A stretch of 64,000 nucleotides of DNA, taken from positions 28,768,001 to 28,832,000 of the forward strand of contig NC_043020.1 of NCBI RefSeq assembly GCF_006345805.1. The letters are read 5' to 3'. Position numbers and translations under genes: made by a program. The stretch's first letter is position 1. Every line of letters starts with the position of its first letter. This stretch comes from Octopus sinensis. Taxonomy: Eukaryota. Shown here in pieces: positions 49,558 to 61,795 of this stretch. The notes under the pieces were generated by a model. The model made no database searches. It was given only the letters and a program-made list of their open reading frames with translations, and was not told the DNA's origin.

Positions 49558-49976
49558 TTAAATATAACAAAGAATTTAGTAAAATAACTTAGTCATCATT
49601 CAGCTAGTGTTATGAACATAAATTGTGACTAAGGTTTGGTGGAAAATTTTAATTCAAAACTTATGAAAACAAGACATTTGTATTCAGAACCAAGGCTGGT
49701 TTCAGCTGGGTTGGTAACAAAAGGGTTAAGAATTGTTTCTCTATTATATATTTTAATCCTTTTGTTACCATATTTCTGTTGAGATGCTCTGTTTCTTTCA
49801 ATTAATTTTAAATATAACAAAGAATTTAGTAAAATAACTCAGTTATCATTCAGCTGGTGTTAGGAACATAATTTGTGACTAAGGTTTGGTGGAAGATTTT
49901 AATTCAAAACTTATGAAAATAAGACATTTGTACTACAGAGCCAGAGTCAGTTTCAGCCGGGTTGGTAATGAAAGGG
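49558..49976 (+). mobile_element. Head-to-tail dimer of the piggyBac-type MITE (first unit 5'-truncated)
   Basis: Same unit; spacer 49726-49756 is the exact reverse complement of 32895-32925; ends AAAGGG|TTAA. Confidence 0.8.
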
Positions 49977-51100
49977 TTAATGTCATGTAGAAGAGATCCT
50001 TATATAAAATGAGAGAATTCTCCTTTTAGAACTGTAAAGCTAACCATTTTAAAGATTTTATGAACTTGAGTTTGGCTGAGTACCAAATTGAGTACCAAAT
50101 AACTAGGTTTCTTTATTCTTTCCTTTCTTTTAAATCCTAGTCTTTGAACTAAATAAATTTAGAAAGTTAGTTAACTAAACAAAACAAAAAAAAAACTAGT
50201 ATTATATAAATCCTGTTTATTGAAAACTGATACTAAAAATATAAATATTGCCCAACTTAAGAAACTGTTGCTGATGACAAATTAAAAAAAAAAATGATTA
50301 ACATTGAAAGAGTTGAATGAATTTTATACAAGGAATATTTATTTTCATTCTTTTTTCCTTCAAAACTCAGAAGGCTTCTTTCATTTTCTCCTTGCTCTGA
50401 CCATTACCCCACCATCAACACCATCACCACCACTAATCCCCACCCCCTCTCTCCCTTCCTACCTAATTCATTTAGTTAACCAAACCAATTTGATATTTTA
50501 TCTTTCACACGGAACAGCTTTGCCCTAAATGTTTTCATCTCTCTTCTTCCACATGACAACAAACCTTTTTTTTTACTTCGCAGTTTAAATTATTTACATT
50601 ACTCTTGGCAAATGACAAACATTCACTAGTTTCCTCAAATTGTTCTAGCCTGAAATCATTGTCTGGGTTCTCTGTTCTTAATGAGATTTAATCTCAAAGT
50701 AATTTTTACAATTAAACTATGTATGCATGTATGTATATGTAAGTATGTGTGCTTATATACCACCACCATCACCACTACCACCACCACCACCACCACCATC
50801 ATCACTATCATCAACATTATCTCTCATTCACATAGCTTTCATCTACAATCTCTAAAAATGTATCTGGAAAACTGCATTTAAGAATTTATTCTAATAATTT
50901 ATGAGGAAGCAAAGTTGGAAAAAGGGCAAAGTATTAAAAAACCCCACCAAACATTTCTTGACATAATCTATAATCTACCCCAGAATACACCATTTGAAAT
51001 CTGAAATGTATCTCTGGAAAATCTCATTAAAATACAAACATTTTTTAATTGTTAAGAAAGCTACTGGCAAACAAAGCAGAGGAGGCACAATGTGTGCGTG

Positions 51101-51146
<46 letters not shown>

Positions 51147-51148
51147 AT

Positions 51149-51310
51149 ATACCGGAGTAAACACATAAATGTGAAACAAGGTGGAAAAAAGAGTACTCAA
51201 ATACCAGTGGTAGAGTATATCGGTTTTATTCTAGCAAAAACTGTCTGACGAATGGCAACGTGAAACTCAGAGTAACATTTTTTGTTGAATTTTCTGCTGC
51301 TTTAAATAAA
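51149..51310 (+). mobile_element. ~160-bp hammerhead-bearing element (Penelope pLTR fragment or retrozyme-like) inserted in (TA)n
   Basis: Complex sequence flanked on both sides by TA-rich microsatellite and containing the hammerhead. Class is inferred from the known association of minimal type I hammerheads with Penelope-like elements. Confidence 0.5.
51235..51287 (+). ncRNA. Minimal type I hammerhead ribozyme
   Basis: Stem I CAAAAACTGT/ACATTTTTTG (9 of 10 pairs); core CTGACGA; stem II ATG-GCAA-CGT; GAAA; stem III ACTC-A-GAGT; GUA triplet with predicted cleavage after 51274. Confidence 0.75.
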
Positions 51311-51372
51311 GTATATATATATACACACATATATAATATATACACACACATAATACACACATACATATATAT

Positions 51373-51417
<45 letters not shown>

Positions 51418-51447
51418 GTAATATGTGTGTGCGTATATATATATACA

Positions 51448-51488
<41 letters not shown>

Positions 51489-51556
51489 GTAATATGTGTG
51501 TGCGTATATATATACATATATATATGTATGTATATTTATATGTATGTATATATATA

Positions 51557-51593
<37 letters not shown>

Positions 51594-51672
51594 TTATACA
51601 CATACACATAATATATATCTATGTGTGTGTGTACATATGCATAGGTATATGTGTGTGTGTATATGTGTATAG

Positions 51673-51707
<35 letters not shown>

Positions 51708-52216
51708 AGTGTATATCCTCTTTCTGTTTAAATAGGTTAACCCTGCTTCCTCTGCTTCCTATTGAACAGCCATACACTCAGAGTAAGAGTGTGTGTGCGT
51801 GCATGTAGGCATGTTTGTATGTGATGTATGTGTTCAAACTTCTGCTTATGTTTAAAGTCTAAAAATCCTTTTTAGGTCATCATGTTGGTATGATCAACAA
51901 AAATCTTCAAGGTGGTACCCCTAGCATCAATTGAAATGAGTAAAATCATATATATGCTAGGGGGTTGGTGTCTTTATGTGGGGGGAGGGGGGGCATTGCT
52001 GAAAAGTTCCTGGCTTTAAGGGTGTCGTGAAAGGCCTGGTCGGAGGCCCAAACTTCCGAGTATTTTTACAGGGCTTAGAAAAACCGAAGGACCGCTGCAA
52101 TAAGTGTGTGAATCTGAGAAGGGAATATGTTGAGTAAAATCATAATTAATTGATCCTCCTCTATTTTATTTTACCCAAAGCCAGGAACTTTTCAACACCC
52201 CCTCATATATATGCAC

Positions 52217-52254
<38 letters not shown>

Positions 52255-52524
52255 TCATCATCATCACTTAATGTCCATTGTCCATGCTGGCATGAGTCGG
52301 ACAGTTTGACCAGGACTGGTAGGCTGAGAGGCTGCACTAGACTCCAGTCTGATTTGGTATGGTTTCTGTGGTTGGATGCTCTTCCTAATGCCAACCACTC
52401 CGAGAGTGTAGTGGGTGCCTTTGTATGCTTCTTGCATGACACCAGTATTTGCTACGACTACAATACACACACATACACATATATATACATATATGTACAT
52501 ATACATATATGTACATATATATAT

Positions 52525-52895
52525 ATTATGGCACTCTGTCGGTTATGATGACAAGGGTTCCAGTTGATTCGATCAACGGAACAACCTGCTCGTGAAATTA
52601 ACATGCAAGTGGCTGAGGACTCCACAGACATGTGTACCCTTAATGTAGTTCTCGGGGATATTCAGCATGACACAGAGTGTGACAAGGCTGGCCCTTTGAA
52701 ATACAGGTACAACAGAAACATGAAAAAAGAGTGAGAGGAAGTTGTGGTGAGAGAGTGCAGCAGGGTTCGCCATCAAACCCCTGCCGGAGCCTCGTGGAGC
52801 TTTAGGTGTTTTTGTTCAATGAACATTCACAACGCCTAGTCTGGGAATCGAAACTGCGAGTCCACTGCCCTAACCACTGGGCCATTGCGCCTCCA
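52525..52895 (-). mobile_element. SINE family D (ggaggcgcaatggcccagtggttagggcag head)
   Basis: tRNA-like A/B boxes on the minus strand. Related copies at ~22195-22437 (-), 57318-57640 (+), 63150-63345 (+), 63925-64000 (+). Confidence 0.75.
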
Positions 52896-53280
52896 CACAC
52901 ACATTGAGTCACATCATTAGCAATTATCAAGAAAGCTTCCTGGAAACAAGTCAGGCGAAAGAACCCTAGGAATTCAGTATTTTTTATTGCATTTACAGAG
53001 GTAATGATTCAATACAAATATCAAACTGGAGTCAATATAACTGACTAAAAAAGCTCTTCATCGACATGATGCTCCAGCATGGCCGCAGTCTATTGACAGA
53101 AACGGGCTAAAGAATAGACTGTTATAGATGTGTTGCACACGATACAATCAGTTTTCGTTCGTCAGTCAATTGGATTTATCCCCCTTTAATCGTGTCACTG
53201 AGCAACTATGCACACATTCTCTCTCACTCTCCTTCTCATTGAATGAACATTATACACGCACAACGTATTAGATACATGCA

Positions 53281-53308
53281 TATCTATCTATCTGTCTCTA
53301 TGTATCTG

Positions 53309-53360
<52 letters not shown>

Positions 53361-53771
53361 CTTCTCTCTATCTATCTATCCATCCATCTGTCTGTCTCTA
53401 TCTATCTATCTATCTGTCTGTCTGTCTCTATCTATCTATCTACTTCTCTATCTATCTATCTATCCATCCATCTATCTGTCTATCTCTATCTATCTATCTA
53501 TCCATCCATCTATCTGTCTATCTCTATCTATCTATCTATCCATCCATCTATCTGTCTATCTCTATCTATCTATCTATCTATCTGTCTATCTCTATCTATC
53601 TATCTATCCATCCATCTATCTGTCTATCTCTATCTATCTATCTATCCATCCATCTATCTGTCTATCTCTATCTATCTATCTATCCATCCATCTATCTGTC
53701 TATCTCTATCTATCCATCTATCTATCTCTATCTATCCATCTATCTATCCATCTATCTATCTCTATCTATCC

Positions 53772-53824
<53 letters not shown>

Positions 53825-53845
53825 CCTACCTACCTACCTATCTAA
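53281..53845. repeat. Compound (ATCT)n microsatellite with a ~38-bp higher-order period
   Basis: ctatctctatctatctatctatccatccatctatctgt unit recurs through ~53480-53700. Confidence 0.9.
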
Positions 53846-54101
53846 TGTATGTGTATGTGATTTTTACGCCTGTTTTGGAAATTAAAAAAAATCAACCTAT
53901 AAATATATATATATTAAAATTAAGGAAGGCCTGTTTTTGGGATTACCTTAGGTTTCCCGTCCATAAAAGGTTTAGCTTTACGACGTATTGTCAGACCCCA
54001 AAATCCTGTTGGCCCATAACCTCTTAAAAATATGGAGAGAGAAATCTTTTATTTTTCTCTCTCGTTTTGACCTCGGCTACTCTACTAAGAATAAATATAT
54101 A

Positions 54102-54307
54102 CAGTGTGTCCATAAATTAGATTTACAATTTGAAAAATTCAGGAAAAAAAAGTTAAAAGTAAGTATAACTCAAGAGAGTTTATTGAGAAACTCTATTACA
54201 GTTTTATCAGAAACACCAGAATACTCTCACGTGGGTTCCATTGGTTACACGTAACACATCTTGACGATAAACTGTGGAAGTTGTAAAGATAATTTATGGA
54301 CACCCTG
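54102..54307. mobile_element. Tc1/mariner MITE (206 bp)
   Basis: TA|CAGTGTGTCCATAAATTA ... TAATTTATGGACACCCTG|TA; 18-bp TIR with one mismatch, TA TSD. Confidence 0.9.
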
Positions 54308-54448
54308 TATGTTGTATAGATTGATTGATTGGTGATGTGTGTTGCTGGAGTTTTGACCACCTCTGCAAACCTGGTCAAATAAATTGTAAAATGGGTGGGG
54401 GATATTTGTGTGTGTGTGTGTGTGTGTATTTATATATATGTAATGTAT

Positions 54449-54480
<32 letters not shown>

Positions 54481-54885
54481 TCTTTTACTCTTTTACTTGT
54501 TTCAGTCATTTGACTGCGGCCATGCTGGAGCACCGCCTTTTTTAATCGAGCAACTTGACCCCAGGACTTATTCTTTTGTAAGCCCAGTACTTATTCTATC
54601 GGTCTCTTTTTGCCAAACCGCTAAGTAACGGGGACATAAACACATCAGCATCGGTTGTCAAGCAATGCTAGGGGGACAAACACAGACACACAAACGCATA
54701 TATACATATATATATATATATGACGGGCTTCTTTTCAGTTTCCGTCTACCAAATCCACTCAAAAGGCTTTGGTCGGCCCGAGGCTATAGTAGAAGACACT
54801 TGCCCAAGGTGCCACGCAGTGGGACTGAACCCGGAACCATGTGGTTGGTAAACAAGCTACTTACCACACAACCACTCCTGCGCCT
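54481..54885 (-). mobile_element. SINE family A, full length (further fragments to ~56150)
   Basis: Reverse-complement copy; partial copies at ~54970-55140, 55735-55950, 55960-56150, 57770-57980. Confidence 0.85.
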
Positions 54886-55502
54886 ATATATATAGATGTA
54901 ATGTATGTATATATATGTTTGTGTGTATATATGTATGTATATATATATAAAATGTTTGTGTGGATATATTTTCTTTTATTCTTTTAGTTGTTTCAGTCAT
55001 TTGAATGCGGCCATGCTGGAGCACCACCTTAAGTGGGTTTAGTCGAAGAAATTGACCCCAGGACTTAATCTTTGTAAGCCTAGTACTTATTCAATCAGTC
55101 TCTTTTGCCGAACCACTAAGTTACAGAGACCTAAACACGCTAAAATATATCCACATATATATATATATATAAAGAACTATACAGCAATAAGATAGAATAC
55201 ACAGGATTTAATTATAAATTACAGCATTTGTTTCTGCACAGAGGCAACAGCTGTGAGTTGCTGAGCTTTCAATCTCCTGCCATTGCATAAATTATTTTAG
55301 AAATAATTACATAAACAAGTATGATCCAACAACAGCTGTGTGCCGGCCCTTCATCAGGTAGGTTTCCTATAAAGCCCACTAACAGAGTTCCACCTGTTTG
55401 TGCCACTCAAGGAATAATCCTGTGGTATGATGGCAAATGATAAGAGCTTTGAAATACACATCATGAGGTTTATTACCCGGATAAATTTTGAATATGTACA
55501 TG

Positions 55503-55537
<35 letters not shown>

Positions 55538-56279
55538 AATGTTTAAACATTTGGGTCCCTTGCCCAATGTGTCCCTGTCAAGTCTAGATTTGCTGCTATC
55601 AAACTTTCTTTGATTTCTTCACCTCTCCCAATCATTCATCATTCAATCAATCATTAGTCAATCACTCATTCTTATTTATTCTTCTACCTCAGTTGTACGT
55701 TGCACATCACTCAATCCATGCTCCTTTTCACATATCTTTTGTCTTTTACATGCCATGCTGGAGCACCACCTCAAAGAGTTTAGTTGAAAAAATTGATCCC
55801 AAGACTTATACTTTTTTCTTTTTAAAGTTTCAAACTTCTTCTATCGGTCATTTTTGCCAAAACTGTTAAGCTATAGGAACATAAACAAACCAACACCGTT
55901 TATCAAGCGGTGGGTGGATGGACAAACACAAAAACACACACACATGTATGTATTTTGTTTTATTCTTTTACTTTTTCAGTCATTTGACTATGGCCATGCT
56001 GGAGCACCACCTTTAGTCGAACAAATCAACCCCAGGACTTATTCTATCGGTCTCTTTTGCTGAGCCACTAAGTTACAGGGACATAAACACACCAACATTG
56101 ATTGTCAAGTGATGGTGGAGGGACAAACGCACACATATACCGATATTGTGTATTAAGTAAAATATCCATGGTTACGTGTGATCCAGACTGTTTAACTGGG
56201 TTTCTGGTTGACTCACATATGAATAAATTCAGAACAAAAAAAAAGAAAAAAATTAATAGCTTGGATCGCAGTCATCTTG

Positions 56280-56780
56280 CAGCAATGTACGAAGATTGCA
56301 AACGAGCCAAAATATAAAGTAGCAAACATGTAACTGTCGAAATACAGCACTCTGCCTCCCTAAAGGCAGATGCCAAGAAGAAAAACAAAACAAAACAAAA
56401 CAATAGTAATTGTATATGATGCTAATGTCTCCACCAATGATACATCAACAAGCAAGACAGGCCGCGTAGAGCACTCCTTCAAAATTACCTGCACCAGCAG
56501 AACAGCTCATTCTCTCACTAGCACCTCTCAAAGTATATTTGGCAATTAGAAAAGATAATGGAGAAACCACGAGCAGCATTAGATGGCTAATGCTAGATGA
56601 GGCAGCAGCATTTAGGAGTGGATCAAGCTACTGTTACCTTTGCCTTGCAGAGAAACTTTATATTTTCGCTACCTTACTCCAATCCTACAAAGAAAAATAA
56701 AAATATATTTTGACTCATGTTTGCATTCTTTCTCATTAACTTCAAAACAGACCCTCCTGATGAATGCCAAATGGCAATTA
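56280..56780 (+). mobile_element. Penelope-like element relic (GIY-YIG endonuclease C-terminal region)
   Basis: Frameshifted CNCRNTALCLPKGRC, VIVYDANV, LSKYIWQLEK, IRWLMLDEAAAFRSGSSYCYLCLAEKLYI - the characteristic PLE CNC..CPL..C / LSKYIW / C.LCL.EK pattern. Confidence 0.75.
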
Positions 56781-56969
56781 GCATCAAAGATATGTAATTA
56801 TCTGAAAGTGTATCAAGTGCAAATTAAATTGTTATTAATCCTTTCTTATCAATCTACTGATGTGCAGAGTTGACTAAAAGATGTATTGTACAAAATCCTG
56901 TTCCAGAAAATATGAAATCTTGTTTACTGTACACGTGACAAAACATACATGAGAATCTGTGCCCCCTTA

Positions 56970-57270
56970 ATCATCATCATCATCATCATCATCGTTTAAC
57001 GTCCGTTCTCCATGCTAGCATGGGTTGGATGGTTTGACCGGGGATCTGGGAAGCCAGGAGGCTGTACCAGGCTCCAGTCTGATCTGGCAGTGTTTCTACA
57101 GCTGGATGCCCTTCCTAACGCCAACCACTCCGAGAGTGTAGTGGGTGCTTTTTACGTGCCAGGCAAGGCTGGCAACGGCTACGATCGGATTGGTGCATTT
57201 TACGTGCCACCAGCACGGAAGCCAGTCAAGGCGGCGCTGGCATCGGCCACGATTTGGATGGTGCTTTAAT
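56970..57270 (-). mobile_element. Family C retroposon
   Basis: Reverse-complement long copy beginning with (CAT)n. Confidence 0.8.
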
Positions 57271-58081
57271 ATAAACATGTATTGAGTACTTTTATATATC
57301 TGTACCCCAGTGTGAAGATCTATGGCTTAGTGGTTAGGGTACTCAGCTTACAATCATAAGGTCATGAGTTCAATTCCTGGTGATGTAGTGTATCCTTGAG
57401 CAAGACACTTTATTTCATGTTGCTCCAGTCCACTCAGCTGTCAAAAATGAGATGTACCAGTAATTCAAAAGGGGCCAGCCCTGTCACATTCTGTGTCACG
57501 CTGAATCTCCCTGAGAACTACGTTATGAGTATGCGTGTCTGTGGAGTGCTCAGCCACTTGTACATTGATTTCACAAGCAAGCTGTTCCATTGATTGGATT
57601 GACTGGAACACACGTCATCGTGACTGACACAGAGCCAGCAAACCCCAAAATAAACAACTACACACACACACACACAAACAATTAAATGTCATTAGATGCC
57701 ATATCACATTAAAGTGGTTAAGACAATATTTATCTTAGGTGCAGGAAACCTTTTTCAAGAATCATAATCTTTTATCTTTTACTTGTTTCATTCATTGGAC
57801 TGTGGCCATGCTGGGGTACTGCCTTGAAGGGTTTAGTGAAACTATCGAATTGATCCCTTTTTGCTGAATAGCTAGGTTGAGGGGACTTAACACAAGGCTT
57901 TGGTCAGCTAGGGGCTGTAGTAGAAGACACTTGCCCAAGGTGCCACATGGTGGGACTGAACCCAGGACCATATGGTTGAGGATGAGAAACTGATAAATTG
58001 TGTTTTATAAAAACAAACAAACCCATCACTGCTAGTGAATAAAAGAAGCTATCATTCAATAAAAAGAATATTTAATAGGTT

Positions 58082-58475
58082 CAGGCATAGCTGTGTGGTA
58101 AGAAGCTTGCTTCCCAACCACATGGTTCTGGGTTCAGTCCCACTGCATGGCACCTTGAGCAAATGTCTTCTAATATAACCTTTGCCCGACCAAAGTCTTG
58201 TGAATGGATTTGGTAGACAGGAACTGAAAGAAAATTGTCATGTGTGTATGTGTGTGTGTGTGTTTGTCCCCTACCACTGCTTGACAACCAGTGTTGGTGT
58301 GTTTATGTCCCTGTTAGTTATCGTTTTCGCAAAAAGTCACTGATAGAATAAGTACTAAGCTTTAAAAAATAAATAAATAAATCCTGGGGGGGGAGGGGGA
58401 TGATTCATTCGACTAAAAAAACTTCTTCAAAGTGCTGCTCCAGCATGGCTGTAGTCGTATGACCGAAACAGGTAA
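58082..58475 (+). mobile_element. SINE family A, diverged
   Basis: Family A head and tail recognisable. Confidence 0.7.
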
Positions 58476-58999
58476 AAGGTAGTTAAGAAAGCAAAAACAA
58501 AACTAAGAACTGGTAAATTTGGGAAAAAACCCAATTTCTTCCGCCTCTGGTCATTGGAACCGAAGGGAATGGCTGTGTTGAAGAATATCAACTTCATTTT
58601 CCAAACATAGTCATCGGGTAGATAGACGGTTAGCAAGTTCTGGGTGTATGAAGACAATCGGTTCAAAGGAACTCAGATCTATTGTTAGTAGCAATAACTG
58701 TGGTAGGGGTGTTAAAATAATAGTGATAAAGCTGTTTGTAGTAGTAGTATAGTAGTAGTAGTAGTAGTAGTAGTAGCAACAGCAGTAGTAATAGTAGTAG
58801 TAGTAGAAGAGTTGTAGGGCTAAAGATGAATATTGGTAGCTTTTATCTGCTTCTTTCTTTCTTTTTTTTTTTTAATCTTTTATTTGATGCTTCAGTCATT
58901 GCACTTTGGTCATGCTGGAGCACTGCCTGGAAGGTTTTAGTTGAGCAAAAATCAATCAAAGTATTTATGCTTTTTAAAAAATTTTTTTTATTTAATTTT

Positions 59000-59480
59000 T
59001 TTTTTTAAAGTCTGGTACTTATGTTGCAGGTGTCTTTTTGTTGAACCGCTAAGTTATTGGGACACACACAAACCAATGTCCACTGTTAAGCAGTGGATGC
59101 ATGTGCATGCGTGTGTGTTAAATCACAGACACAGAGACTCACATACATACACACACACACACATATATACGTACATACATACATACACACACATAAACCA
59201 ATGTCCACTGTTAAGCAGTGGGTCCATGTGTGTGTGTGTGTGTGTGTGTGTATTAAACCACAGACACAGAGACTCACATACATACATACATACACACACA
59301 TATAGAGTGAGAGATACATGCATTCATAAAGATGCAACAGGCTTCCACACAGTTTCCGTTGACCAAATACACTCACAAGGCTATAATAGTAAAGAACATA
59401 TACTCAAGCTGCTGCACAGTGGGACTGAACCCCCAACCATGTGGCTGCAAACTGAGCTGCTTAACCACACAGCCATGCCC
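59000..59480 (-). mobile_element. SINE family A with an internal ~126-bp tandem duplication
   Basis: aaaccaatgtccactgttaagcagtgg...cacagacacagagactcacatac occurs at ~59071 and ~59197. Confidence 0.7.
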
Positions 59481-59648
59481 GTGCCTCCCTGGTTACGTTC
59501 GATTTGAAGTGGGGTTGCATTTAGGAAAACAAGGGAAGGACTTTACTTAGAAGAAAGAACGTATTTGAAAACCTGACTGGACGAATATAGATCGATGGTA
59601 AAAAGCAAAACAGAAACTGGAATAATAATTAGGGTTTGGTTTACTTAC

Positions 59649-59972
59649 AAGTTGCCGGAGAAGCCGGGAGAGAATGTAGAGAGACCGAGTTTTGGCAGGA
59701 AACATATTGTTTAAGACTATGTCCCCGTTTTCGAATTTCTTTCGTCTCCTGTACACTTTGAATCCTTTGAATTTTTTCCTCTGCACACAGCCATAGCCGG
59801 CAGTCCAGCTTGTACTGCAGTTCATAAGTAAGCGAGTGTGGAATTTATCATCGGGAAGCTTTAAGTTATACTTATGTTGGCTACTTTCATGGAAACTGGT
59901 GCTGATGTTTGGAAACTTTGGTTGGAAATTTAATTTGTCAACTCCATGAATCTGAGGTAATCTCCAGGCCAT
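59649..59972 (-). CDS. Candidate first coding exon, 108 aa (MAWRLPQIHG...LYILSRLLRQL), possibly exon 1 of the OTULIN-family gene
   Basis: ATG in aaagcATGG context with an in-frame TAA 33 nt upstream, 108 open codons, ending at a consensus donor CTT|gtaagt (phase 0). Unique, non-repeat sequence; no family recognised. Confidence 0.55.
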
Positions 59973-61394
59973 GCTTTGTAGTAAGACAAATATATTTTGG
60001 AATTATTTCATAGCAGTTGCTAAGATCTAGGGAGCTGTTTGAAGTGTAACTAACCTCATAGCATTCTAGAAAACTAGAAGAATGAAAGAACTTAGTAGTT
60101 AGGTTTGGTAATGCTAGCAGGCAGCAAAAAGTAGTAGTTTGGTAAGTCTCAAGCAGGTGAGAGAATGAGAGAGTGAGAATGAAAAAGAGAGAGAGAGAGT
60201 GGAGGGGGAGAAGAAGAAGATGGGGAGCTGTGTAGTAGTTTAAGGAAGGTAGTGATTGCTTCAAAGGTAGATAGAGCTAGTGGTGTGTTGCTTGAATAAG
60301 AAATAAAAGAAAAAAAAAGCAGCAACAGGATGGTTAAGTTTGTCTGTATGAAGATGTCTAATAGAGGCTGAGAGGATGACAGCAAGAGCAAGGAGGGGGA
60401 AAAAGGTGGCTGGAGGTGAACCAAAATGAAGAAAAAAAAGTGAAAATAGAAGAGAAAAACTACATATTTAGCAAAGTCGATTTTGATATTCCTTGTATGT
60501 TTGCAGACATGAAAACAGTTTAAAAGCTATTTGCGAGGAAGGAGTTGGGGTGCTCAAAATAAACCAAAGATAAACTTGGCTAAAGTTGGCTTGCTCCTGC
60601 AGTTAGTTATTTTAGAAAAGCCTACATGTGCAGTAACAGTTGTTCCCACTGCACACTTTTAACAAGATTACTCAGTGAAAAGTAGACAATTGCTTTTTCT
60701 TGCTTTATTTATCACATGCAATTAAAAGGGGGAATGAGTTTATAATGGAATGAAAACAACAACAACAACAACTACAACAAACATGGAATAAATTAAAAAA
60801 ACAAAAACAAGATTACTATAATTAACTCGCCAAGAATAATCACCTCAGAAAGAAAAGGGAAGAGGGGGGGGAAATAAAAATAATTTCTTTCTTATAAATA
60901 ATATTTCTATTTTATGCCTTTTCAAGTGCCTCCCTGTCGCCATACGGAGCATTTTGTAAAGAAATATAATTAGCCACTTTCAGTCATCTCTCTGCTCACA
61001 AAGGATTATAATTATTTTGATTCACCTATGGCTAACGAGGGGTAAATAGCAAGTTTGTGTGCAGCGTAGCACAGTTTCTACCACGAAAACAAAAACAAAA
61101 ACAAAAACAACCCCGTGATACATTTTGTCCGTGCAAACAGGAACTTTTCCTAGTTTGTCTCCACTGAATCGCCTCACTCGCCTCACTCACCTCAATCACC
61201 TCTGTCAACTTTTAAGTTCAGCTGACTAATCTGGAAAAAGGACACGTACTCCACTGTCTTGCTGTGTACTTGTTGACACCATAGGGAAACAACGAGAAAA
61301 CAGTCAATATGCACCAAGCCGATCAATGCCATCATCATCATCATCATGATTGTCGTTGCCGCCGACGCCACTACCACCACCACCACAACAACAA

Positions 61395-61795
61395 TCCTTT
61401 CTATGATAGGCACAAGGCCTGAAATTTTGGGGGAAGTGGGGCAGTCGATTAGATGGACCCCAGTACGCAACTGGTACTTAATTTATTGACCCTGAAAGGA
61501 TGAAAGGCAAAGTAGACCTCGGTGGAATTTGAACTCAGAACGAAGCGGCAGACGAAATACCTATTTCTTTACTACCCACAAGGGGCTAAACACAGAAAGG
61601 ACAAACAAGGACAGACAAACGGATTAAGTTGATTATATCGACCCCAGTGTGTAACTGGTACTTAATTTATCAACCCCAAAAGGATGAAAGGTAAAGTCGA
61701 CCTGGCGGAATTTGAACTCACAACGTAAAGACAGGCGAAATACCTCTTAGCATTTTGTCTGGTCTGCTAACGATTCTGCTAGCTTGCCACCTTAA
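61395..61795 (-). mobile_element. SINE family B with duplicated body
   Basis: Same structure as 27670-28070; another copy at ~63650-63855. Confidence 0.8.

Noticed and set aside
57318-57385. tRNA genes (also 63925-63990 and other SINE heads)
   Set aside because: A/B boxes are present but there is no complete cloverleaf or acceptor stem, and each continues into a SINE body.
59649-59690. PDE1 identity from RSLYILSRLLRQL resembling the PDE1 calmodulin-binding RLKGILRCLVKQL
   Set aside because: No PDE1 downstream or catalytic exons are seen between 59.6 and 39 kb; a 13-residue amphipathic match is insufficient.
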